From contig CAVYRF010000002.1 of assembly GCA_963770895.1 (NCBI GenBank), positions 1,632,001-1,696,000 of the forward strand: DNA of 64,000 nt, given 5' to 3'. Every line of letters starts with the position of its first letter. The first letter of the stretch is position 1. The notes under the pieces are model-generated. The model was given only the letters and a program-made list of their open reading frames with translations, did not search any database and had not been told where the DNA came from. Position numbers and translations under genes: made by a program. Below, piece by piece: positions 1 to 8,190 of this stretch. This DNA is from an uncultured Acidobacteriota bacterium. GTDB lineage: Bacteria; Acidobacteriota; Thermoanaerobaculia; Multivoradales; UBA5704.

Positions 1-212
1 CGTATCGAGGCCGCCAGGGCGTCGAGCTCGGCGGTGTCGAAGTGAGAACGCGGTTGCAGGCGATTGGGCTTGAGCGATGCGATCGGCAAGCGCAGCTCCT
101 GGCCCGGGCGGTGGCTGGCGGCGGCCGGCTCGGCCGGCTGGCGAGTCTGAATCAACGCATCCAGGCCGCGGCCCAAGCCGCGCTTTTTTGCCGGCGGGGC
201 CGGAGCCGTCAC
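1..212 (-). CDS. parB: ParB/Spo0J partition protein, N-terminal part (runs off window)
   Basis: Manual translation from a GTG overlapping the parA stop (GTGA): MTAPAPPAKKRGLGRGLDALI...LKPNRLQPRSHFD, the typical ParB N-terminal ParA-stimulating peptide; directly downstream of parA. Confidence 0.9.
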   Translation of the reverse strand, partial: MTAPAPPAKKRGLGRGLDALIQTRQPAEPAAASHRPGQELRLPIASLKPNRLQPRSHFDTAELDALAASI

Positions 213-961
213 GCCGCCCTCCGCAGCAGCTCGCGCGCCAGGGCGAGGTAGGCCTCGGCCCCCCGCGAGCGGATGTCGTACTGAAAGATCGGCTTCCCAT
301 GGCTGGGCGCCTCGGCAAGACGGATATTGCGCGGCACCACCGTGTCGTACACCTTGTCGGCAAAGTGGCGGCGGATTTCGTCCGCCACGTCGCGTGACAG
401 GTTGGTGCGGTCGTCGTACATGGTGAGCAGGATGCCCGCAATCACCAGCCGCGTGTTCAACTGCTCCTGCACCCGCCCGATCGTCGCCAGCAGCTCGCTC
501 ACCCCCTCAAGGGCAAAGTACTCGCACTGCAGGGGAACCAGCACCCCGTCGGCCGCGACCAGGGCGTTGACCGTCAGGTGCCCCAGGGACGGCGGGCAGT
601 CGAGCAAGATGGTGTCGTATTTGCCGGCAACTTCGGCCAACACTGCCTTCAGGCGGCCCTCCCAGGCCGGCTCGCCCACGAACTCCACTTCGACGCCGAC
701 CAGGTCGCGCTGTGTGGGGATCAGATCCAGATTGGGGAAGCCCGAAGGCCGGATCGCCTCGGTCAGCGACGCATTTCCCGATAGGGCGTGGTACAGGTGA
801 GGCGACGATGCATGCAGCCCCAGCCCGCGCGTCGCATTGCCCTGCGGATCGCAATCCACCAGGAGCACGCGGCGTTCCAGCGCGCCCAGGCCGGCCCCCA
901 GATTGATGGCGGTCGTGGTCTTGCCGACCCCGCCTTTTTGATTGGCGATCGCAAGGATCAT
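209..961 (-). CDS. parA: ParA/Soj chromosome partitioning ATPase
   Basis: Deviant Walker A NQKGGVGKTT, DCDPQGNAT, DCPPSLG, LQCEYFALEG, RLAEAPSHG. Confidence 0.97.
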   Translation of the reverse strand: MILAIANQKGGVGKTTTAINLGAGLGALERRVLLVDCDPQGNATRGLGLHASSPHLYHALSGNASLTEAIRPSGFPNLDLIPTQRDLVGVEVEFVGEPAWEGRLKAVLAEVAGKYDTILLDCPPSLGHLTVNALVAADGVLVPLQCEYFALEGVSELLATIGRVQEQLNTRLVIAGILLTMYDDRTNLSRDVADEIRRHFADKVYDTVVPRNIRLAEAPSHGKPIFQYDIRSRGAEAYLALARELLRRAA

Positions 962-1623
962 ACGGCTTCAGGCTCCCGAGTTGCGGGGTGTACAGGTCGC
1001 AGCTGCAGGATGCGGCGGCGGTCTCCCCCTGCCAGGCGAAAGCTGGCTTGCAGCAAGAGCTCTTCCGGCAGCTCCGGCACTTCGTCGCCAGCCCAAAGAA
1101 GGATCGATCCGTGAGGGCTCAAGCGCCGAGCGAAGGCCCCCAACACGCCCACATCGAGCTTGAGCGCTCGCACGGTTACCAGATCGATCGATCCTGGAAG
1201 GCCGACGGGCAACGGACTTGAAACTCTAACATTGAGGGGCTGGCAGGGCAACGCAGCCTTGCGCGCCGCACTCGCCAGAAACGACCATTTCCGCTCGCGG
1301 GCTTCCAGCAGAGTCATCCGCAAACCCGGTCGCGCCGCCGCCACCACCAGACCCGGAAACCCACCGCCCGACCCCACGTCCACCCCCCACCGAGCTGACT
1401 CCGCGATCAACGGCAGCGCCGCAAGCGATTCGCCATAGTGCCGGTCCAGCAGCTCGCCAGCCGTTCCCCGGCCAATCAACCCCAGCCGCTCGTTCCACCG
1501 CACCAGCTCCAGGTAATGCGCATACAACGCCCGCAGCACCTCCGCGCTCAGAGACTCCGGCGACCGCTGCGCCACCCCCCGCTCAAACTCCTCGCGCGAC
1601 ATCGCCACCAGCTCAACTCCCAT
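958..1623 (-). CDS. rsmG: 16S rRNA m7G527 methyltransferase RsmG (GidB)
   Basis: LVRWNERLGL, DVGSGGGFPG SAM motif, VTVRA; position upstream of parA. Confidence 0.9.
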   Translation of the reverse strand: MGVELVAMSREEFERGVAQRSPESLSAEVLRALYAHYLELVRWNERLGLIGRGTAGELLDRHYGESLAALPLIAESARWGVDVGSGGGFPGLVVAAARPGLRMTLLEARERKWSFLASAARKAALPCQPLNVRVSSPLPVGLPGSIDLVTVRALKLDVGVLGAFARRLSPHGSILLWAGDEVPELPEELLLQASFRLAGGDRRRILQLRPVHPATREPEAV

Positions 1624-1804
1624 GGGCCAATGCTAGTCCAGCCCTCTTCCCCTGGCACCCCCACGTGCCCGTTTGACCCGTCCAGCACCCTTGAGGAGCG
1701 GCCCGGGCTCGCCCACAAATCATTGAAAACAAACGGCCAACGGTACCAACGCTGGTCGCTGGTCGGGATTTTGCGCCGGCGCGCCTCGCGGCCCCGGACT
1801 GGCA

Positions 1805-2462
1805 GGCCCTGCCGGGCGCCCGGCGCGATCCCGCGGTCAAGCCCACCCCGCACCGGCGCCCGCCACCAACGGCAGGAGAAAGCCCCCGCGCCGTGCCCCC
1901 GCGGCAAGACCACCCCAGGCACCAGAACGACCTTGACGCGGGGAGCGCGGCGCAACACCGGCCCGCGAATCGCTCCTGCCCCATCTGCCCTGCGTCAGAG
2001 GTATCGCGTCGGTGGGTACGCCGTTCTGGCTCCGAGTCAGGCTTGACGCGGGCCAGAACGGCGGGGGCCTTGCTTATTGGCCGAGACGAGGCGCAGCCCG
2101 GCTCGGCGTGACCGCAAGGCCCTGCCGGGCGCCCGGCGCAATCCTGCGGCCAAGCCCACCCTGCACCGGCGCCCGCCGCCAATGGCGGGAGAAAGCCTCC
2201 CGCGCCGCGCCCCCCGCGGCAAGATCAAACCAGGACCAGAAGAACCTTCACGCGGGGACCGCGGCGCAACACCGGCCAATCGGAATCGCTCCTCCCCATC
2301 TGCCCCGCGTCGTCAGAAGCATGGCGTTGCTGGCTGCGCCGTTCCGCCCCCGCGTCAAGCCTGACGCGGGGGCGGAACGGCGGGGCCTTACTCCCAACGG
2401 CCGAGACGGGCGCCGGCTCGGCTCGGCTTGACCGCTAACCCTGCCGGGCGCCCGGCGCAATC
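1805..2462. repeat. ~310-bp degenerate tandem repeat (family R1): 2 copies plus the start of a third
   Basis: Anchor GGGCGCCCGG at 1814, 2127, 2446; each full unit carries a ~20-bp stem (2020-2062, 2338-2381). Confidence 0.9.
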
Positions 2463-2483
2463 CTAGGCCCGGCTTGATCGCTG

Positions 2484-2499
2484 CGTTTCACGTGAAACG
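2484..2499. promoter_or_regulatory. parS site
   Basis: Perfect palindrome CGTTTCACGTGAAACG matching the parS consensus. Confidence 0.9.
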
Positions 2500-2632
2500 T
2501 CACGGCGGTCTGGAAACGTTGCCGGCGCCGACCACGCCGACCTCGCGAGTCCCATCATCCAGCTCGCTCATCCGGGCCGCTCGAAGTCTGACCCCGACGC
2601 GACGTACCAGCTAGACCCGGCATTGATCGCTG

Positions 2633-2648
2633 CGTTTCACGTGAAACG
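2633..2648. promoter_or_regulatory. parS site
   Basis: CGTTTCACGTGAAACG. Confidence 0.9.
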
Positions 2649-2944
2649 TCGCGGCAGTCCGGAAACGTTGCCCCGCCGACCACGCCGGCCTTGCGAGTCC
2701 CATCACCCCAGCGCCCTCATCCGGACCGCTCGGAGGTCCGACCCCGACGGCGGGGACCAGGGAGGCCGAGGACGGCCCCCCTTGCTGGCACCGGCCACTC
2801 CGCCCCAAATCCATCCCGGCACGGAAGGGTGCCGCCCGTCACGAGCCGCTCGTCTCCATCCGCCAAGCGAACGCCACCCGCCCTCACCGCTGGCCCTGCG
2901 CAGGAGGCCACCGCGCGCCAGCTGAGGCCCGGCCTTGATCGCTG

Positions 2945-2960
2945 CGCTTCACGTGAAACG
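2945..2960. promoter_or_regulatory. parS site (1 mismatch)
   Basis: CGCTTCACGTGAAACG. Confidence 0.8.
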
Positions 2961-3071
2961 TCACGGTTGTCCGGGTACGTTGCCGGCGCCGACCACGCCG
3001 ACCTCGCGAGTCCCATCATCCCGCTCGCTCATCCGGGCCGCTCGAAGTCTGACCCCGACGAGACGTACCAG

Positions 3072-3736
3072 TAAGTATCCCCCGGCAGAGCCGGGGGCTT
3101 TAGAAAAACCGTGAGCCGCTCAAAGCGGCTGGAAGGGGTCGCTAACGCGACCCCTCAGGGTTGGAGCCACCGTTACGATGGCGGGTCATCGCCAGAGGTC
3201 AAGCTGGTCCACCCGCTCGTCCTCTTTCTGCTGGGCCTTGATGTACTCTCGAACTACCCTCTCGTCACGACCGACCGTTGACACGAAGTACCCTCGTGCC
3301 CAGAAATGCTGCCCCACAAAATTCCGCTTGCGCTCTCCGTACACCCGTGCCAGATGAATTGCGCTCTTGCCCTTGATGAACCCCACCACCTGCGATACCG
3401 CGTACTTCGGCGGGATAGACAGCAGCATATGGACATGGTCGGGCATCAGGTGGCCCTCCTCCACCCGGCTCTCTTTCTGGCCGGCCAGCTTCCGGAACAC
3501 CTCGCCAAGGTGTACCCGCAGCTGACCGTACAGCGTTCTTCGTCGGCACTTCGGGATGAACACCACGTGGTATTTGCACTCCCACGTCGTGTGGCTCAAA
3601 CTCTCGTACTTGTCCATCGTGGGTCTTCCTTTCGTGCGCTTGGCGGCTCACGAAGGAAGTCTCTGCGATGGACACTCCCTAAAATGTCAAACTTCTACTG
3701 CCTCCCCGGCAGAGCCGGGGGGCCTCCTTTGGGAGG
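3072..3736 (-). mobile_element. IS200/IS605-family element (tnpA only)
   Basis: Subterminal hairpins CCCCGGCAGAGCCGGGG at both ends; boundaries (+/-1 nt) defined by the empty site GTACCAG|CTAGACCCGG at 2603-2620; no TSD. Confidence 0.92.
3186..3617 (-). CDS. tnpA: IS200/IS605 Y1 HUH transposase
   Basis: KYHVVFIPK, DHVH (HUH), FWARGYFVSTVG, catalytic Tyr in YIKAQ. Confidence 0.96.
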   Translation of the reverse strand: MDKYESLSHTTWECKYHVVFIPKCRRRTLYGQLRVHLGEVFRKLAGQKESRVEEGHLMPDHVHMLLSIPPKYAVSQVVGFIKGKSAIHLARVYGERKRNFVGQHFWARGYFVSTVGRDERVVREYIKAQQKEDERVDQLDLWR

Positions 3737-3758
3737 CTAGACCCGGCATTGATCGCTG

Positions 3759-3774
3759 CGTTTCACGTGAAACG
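3759..3774. promoter_or_regulatory. parS site
   Basis: CGTTTCACGTGAAACG. Confidence 0.9.
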
Positions 3775-4068
3775 TCCCGGCAGTCCGGAAACGTTGCCCG
3801 CCGACCACGCCGGCCTTGCGAGTCCCATCTCCCCCAGCTCCCTCATCCGGACCGCTCGGAGGTCCGACCCCGACGGCGGGGACCAGGGAGGCCGAGGACG
3901 GCCCCCCTTGCTGGCACCGGCCACTCCGCCCCAAATCCATCCCGGCACGGAAGGGTGCCGCCCGTCACGAGCCGCTCGTCTCCATCCGCCAAGCGAACGC
4001 CACCCGCCCTCACCGCTGGCCCTGCGCAGGAGGCCACAGCGCGCCAGCTGACCCGGCCTTGATCGCTG

Positions 4069-4084
4069 CGTTTCACGTGAAACG
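4069..4084. promoter_or_regulatory. parS site
   Basis: CGTTTCACGTGAAACG. Confidence 0.9.
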
Positions 4085-4182
4085 TCACGGTAGTCCGGGT
4101 ACGTTGCCGGCGCCGACCACGCCGACCTCGCGAGTCCCATCATCCCGCTCCCGATTCGGACCACTCGAAATGCGATCCCTGT

Positions 4183-4304
4183 CCAGGGTGAACAGACCCT
4201 ACGGAGTCTTGCGCTGGATACGAAGGCCGCCGGCGGCGATGAAGTAGGCCTCCAGTGAGAGTTCTCCTTCCCGCACGATCGCCGTGCCGCTCTCCGCCTG
4301 CCGC
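4183..4304 (-). pseudogene. Inverted 122-bp fragment of the cNMP-binding protein gene (20561-20682)
   Basis: Reverse complement aligns gap-free with 7 mismatches, including TAC>TAG. Confidence 0.9.
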
Positions 4305-4339
4305 ACGGCTGTGGGGGCGGGGGCTGATATGGAACGACC

Positions 4340-4654
4340 TCTTGTCAAGTGGCAAGAGCTGACCCGGGTGGGGGGCTGTTGCCGGAAGTGGCAAGGGCGA
4401 ACCGACCTGAGACGACAGACGAGCGTGGACGCTTCGACGACGAGTCACTCTGATATTCGCGGGTTGCGCCGAGGTGGCGCAGAGCCGCAGGACGGTTCTT
4501 CGTCGGGAGGAATCGCTGTCTAAGGTCGCGAGTCCAGGCCCTTTGGCCCTGTCGCATAGCCCCCGTCGCGGGTCCTCCAATCGGTGCCGTGCTCATCCGT
4601 CGTCTCAGGCGGGCTCGCGCCCCGCGCCTACCTCCTTAGCCAGCGGTGGTTCTT
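4340..4654 (-). ncRNA. Putative bridge RNA / seekRNA of the IS1111-type element (exact ends unknown)
   Basis: Non-coding region contains segments matching both halves of the reconstructed target (4557-4565, 4520-4525) and of the circle junction (4449-4456, 4416-4422). Confidence 0.75.
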
Positions 4655-5805
4655 CTACTTGGACTTCGAGATTGCAGTTGGTGGTGGCTCAACTGGCCGC
4701 AGGGTCGCCCCAGACAGCACAGCCCAGATGAACCCGCTGAGCTCGCGGGCACAGGCGACCACCGCCTTGCTCACGGGTTGTCCGCGTCCCAATACCAGCC
4801 GGCTGTAGCGCCGGTGCAGCCGCTGCTGCGCTCGATCCGCCAGGGCGATCACCGCTGCCGGTTGACCCGTGCGCCGCCGGCGCAGCGCCACGCCCACTGC
4901 CGGCCGATGGCGGTAGTGGTGGGCAGCCTCGACCAGAAGGCGCCGCAGATGCCGGTTGCCAGTCTTGGTGATGCCGCCACGATGCACGCTCCCGCCGCTC
5001 GACGATTCGCTCGGCACCAACCCCAGATGCGCCATCAACTGCCGGGCGCCGGTGAAACGCTCGAAGCCGTGCAACTCGGCCAAGAGGATCATCGAGGTGA
5101 CCGTGTCGATCCCGCGAAAACACCGCAGCCAGCTCACCCGCTCGCGGTACGGCTCCTGCTCGGCCAAGCTCACAAGCTGTGCTTCCAGCTCTCCGAGACG
5201 AGCACCGATCTGGTCTACGGCCAGCAGGTAGTCGGACAGCACCACCCGCTCCGCGGCCTGTGCCAACTGCAGGCTCCACAGCCACTGCCGATGCTGCTGC
5301 GTCCAAGGCCGGCCCCCTGAGTAGCGCAGGTCCCGCCGTAACAGCAGCTTGCTCAGCCGGTGCCGGGCTCGCATCAGGTCCACTCGCGCATCATCGCGAC
5401 ACCGGCAGAGGCCCGCACCGCCTCTTCGGCCTCGCTCGGTGGACGCACCTCGGTCAACAAACCCGCCCGCGACAGCTCCGCCAACTTCCGAGCATCCCGG
5501 CGGTCCGTCTTGATCCGCTCCCCCGACTTGCGCGGAATCAACGACGGCGCCACCACCTGACAACGCACCCCCCGGCCCCTGCAACTGACGCTGCAACCCG
5601 TAACCGCATGGACCCGCTTCGTAGGCGCACTGCACCACCCCCCTCCGTCTCGCTTCAGTTTGCGCACCAGCTTGCGAACCTCGCTCGGCTCATTGCGCAG
5701 CTCCCATTGCACCGGCTTGCTGCCAACCGAACCTGCCAGCAGCGCCACGCTGATCGACGCCTTGTGCACATCCAGACCCACGTAGGTGGTGGTACCCTCT
5801 TCCAT
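4655..5805 (-). pseudogene. IS110-family DEDD recombinase/transposase, frameshifted
   Basis: YVGLDVHK, YEAGPCGY, IKTDRRDA, GLVPSESSSG, ITKTGN motifs are spread over two alternating frames (shifts near 5640, 5575, 5410). Confidence 0.85.
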
Positions 5806-6112
5806 GACCGGTTCCTCCGTCGTCTGCGGCTCTGACGACGCCTCGGCTGCGTTAACCCGCGTTCCTCGGTGGGACCCACTCCCACCTCTCGTGACTTCCT
5901 AACGGCCAGTCACGATCCTACGACCGCGGGGAACCGGTCGTTCCATATCGTCTAAGGCCTCGAGTTCGAGCACCCCGGCAAGGGCTCTGCGGGTGGCAAC
6001 ACTCTGGAGAGAATGGTCTATTCGTGTCGTGCCGGCTCTCGCTGCCCTAGATCATCTGGGCGGTCTTCCCTATAGGGGAGGACGACTCCAGCCCGGCCCT
6101 GCTTTGCCATAA

Positions 6113-7335
6113 GGCCCTGCGGGGCACCCGGCACGATCCTGCGGTCGAGCCCATGCCGCACCGGTGCTCGCCGCGTACGGCGGGGGAAGGCTCCCCGCGC
6201 GCCGTGCTTCCTCGGCAAGGTCACACCAGGCACCGAACCACGCGGGGGCACCGCGCGCCACCGGCCATCGGAACCGCTCCTACCCATCTGCCCATGTCGG
6301 GGCGTGGCGCTGCTGGCTGTGCCGTTCCGCACCCGCGTCAAGCCTGACGCGGGTGCGGAACGGCGGGGCCTTGCTCCCAGCGACCGAGACGGGCGCCGGC
6401 CCCGCTCGGCTCGGCCGCAAGGCACTGCAGGGCGCCCGGTACGATCCTCTGGTCAAGCCCACCTGTACCGGCGCCCGCCGCCAACGGCGGGAGCAAGCTT
6501 CCCGCGCCGTGACTTCGCGGCAAGATCACACCAGACACTAGCGCTACCTTCAAGCGGGAGGCGCAGCGCAACCTTGGCGATCGGAATCACCCCCGTCTGC
6601 CCGGTCTCACAGGCGTGGTGCTGCTGGCAGCACCGTTCCGGTCCCGCGTCAAGCTGGCGCGGGCCGGATCGGCTGGGGCCTTGCTCCCAGCGGCCGAGAC
6701 GGGCGCCGGCCCGGCTCGCATTAGCCGCAAGGCACCGCAGGGCGCCCGGCACGGGCCTGCGGCCAAGTTCACCCGGCACTTGCGCCCCGCCGCCAACGGC
6801 AGGAAAAAGGCTTCGTACCGTGCTCCCGGACCAGGCACCGGGACGACCTTGACGGGAGAGCGGCGCAACACCGGCCATCGCAATCGCTCCTGCCCATCTG
6901 CCCGTGTTAGGGGCGCGGCGCTGCTGGCTGTGCCGTTCCGCACCCGCGTCAAGCCTGACGCGGGCGCGGAACGGCGGGGCCTTGCTCCCAGCGGCCGAGA
7001 CGGGCGCCGGCCCGGCTCGGCTTGGCCGCAAGGCTCTGCCGGGCGCCCGGTACGACCCCCCGGTCAAGCCCTATCTGTACCGGCGCCCGCCGCCAGCGGT
7101 GGGAGAAGGCCCCCCGCGCCGCGACCCCGCGGCAAGATCACGCCACGCACAGAACGACCCTAACGGGAAAGCGCGGCGCAACACCGACCATCGCGATCGC
7201 TCCTGTCCTGCTGCCCCATCAGAGTCATGGCGTTGCTAGCTGCGCCGTTCCGGCTCCAACGTCAAGCCCTGACGCGGTGACTTGCTCCCGCAGCCGAGAC
7301 GGGCGCCGGCCCCAGCCTGCCTTGACCGCTGGCCG
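6113..7335. repeat. ~300-310-bp degenerate tandem repeat (family R1): 4 copies
   Basis: Anchors at 6122, 6430, 6740, 7041; hairpins at 6321-6364 (perfect 20 bp), 6632-6673, 6932-6975. Confidence 0.9.
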
Positions 7336-7425
7336 CCGGGCCGGTCTTCTGGTCGCCCGACGGCGGTGCTTGCCAGATCTGTCCCGGCTTTACGGATCTG
7401 ACCGTCGGTTTGCCCAAGCAAACGA

Positions 7426-7441
7426 CGTTTCACGTGAAACA
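7426..7441. promoter_or_regulatory. parS site
   Basis: CGTTTCACGTGAAACA. Confidence 0.9.
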
Positions 7442-8190
7442 CACAACACGATGCTCAGGCTCATCGCGGCTCTTAGGTCGGTGGTTTGGTGCCAGGGCTG
7501 GCGCCGTCCGCAGAGGCCCTTCTCCCAGCCGTCGGGGTCGGCCCCTGCCGGCGATTGGACAGCCGCCCGGCCGGCTTGCAGGAGAAAACGGTGCCCGGCG
7601 GCGGCGGGAGGGACCCCTCGGCGGCGCTCTAGGGCGAGCCACCTCCCAATGCGCAAGCCACCACCGCTCCGCGAGCCTGCGGATTCCGGCGAAGGCGACC
7701 ACCCATTCCGACGGAAGGCGACCACCCGTCGGAGCGAGGCGGTGAGCGGAGGCTCATGGTTGGTTGAGGTGGTCGGCTTGGGCTTCTCCTGTGGTCCTTT
7801 TTCAGTGTATATGACCTCGTCGCCGGGGTTGTGGAAGGTCGTGGTAACCGGCGAGGGCGGGTGGTGGAGGGCGGGTGTGGTGGGGGGCCGGGAGCCGGTT
7901 TCCAAGCGGCTGTGGGAACGGCGGACCGGGGGCCGCGGCGGGCGGGGGCAGCGGAGCGTAGCGACGCGGGCGGCCCACGTTGGGTCCGCGGTTTCCATCA
8001 GCCGCGGCACCTTCCACAGCCCATGCGTGCGTTGGGGGGTGGTGGGGGTGGGTGGGGGACGGGCCGGGCGGTGGGGCGGCCGGGCGGCGGCCGGCCGCTG
8101 TCGAGGTCTCGCCGGACGCCATAGGCGAGGCGCTGGGGCTCGCGGGGGGGCGGGGGGCACCAGGCGCCGCCACGGCGCGCCGCGATCGCG

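Larger units (their letters stand above)
2465..4180. repeat. parS-bearing tandem repeat A-B-A-[IS200]-B-A'
   Basis: Units begin ...TTGATCGCTGCGTTTCACGTGAAACGTC; B units 2611-2922 and 3737-4048 are near identical; A units are ~150 bp. Confidence 0.92.
4324..5953 (-). mobile_element. IS110-family element, IS1111-type
   Basis: Perfect 14-bp subterminal IRs GATATGGAACGACC (4326-4339) / GGTCGTTCCATATC (5936-5949); CT core at both ends; long non-coding region 3' of the recombinase. Confidence 0.9.

Noticed and set aside
3092-3103. IS200 right-end hairpin (CGGGGGCTTTAG) as a second target of the IS1111 guide
   Set aside because: It matches only the left half plus core; the right half does not match CTAAGG
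3072-3736. TnpB/omegaRNA system
   Set aside because: The element is only 665 bp and encodes tnpA alone
4183-4304. Diversity-generating retroelement TR/VR pair with 20561-20682
   Set aside because: The 7 mismatches are not confined to adenines on either strand, the match is in the 5' part of the gene rather than at its 3' end, and no reverse transcriptase is present
5980-6012. Short resemblance to 23192-23220 (GGCTC..TGCG..GGCA..CTGGAGAGAA)
   Set aside because: About 30 nt, gapped, and does not extend; could be chance
1805-7441. CRISPR array interpretation of the repeat blocks
   Set aside because: Units are 150-310 bp and homologous along their whole length, with no unique spacers; there are no cas genes in the window
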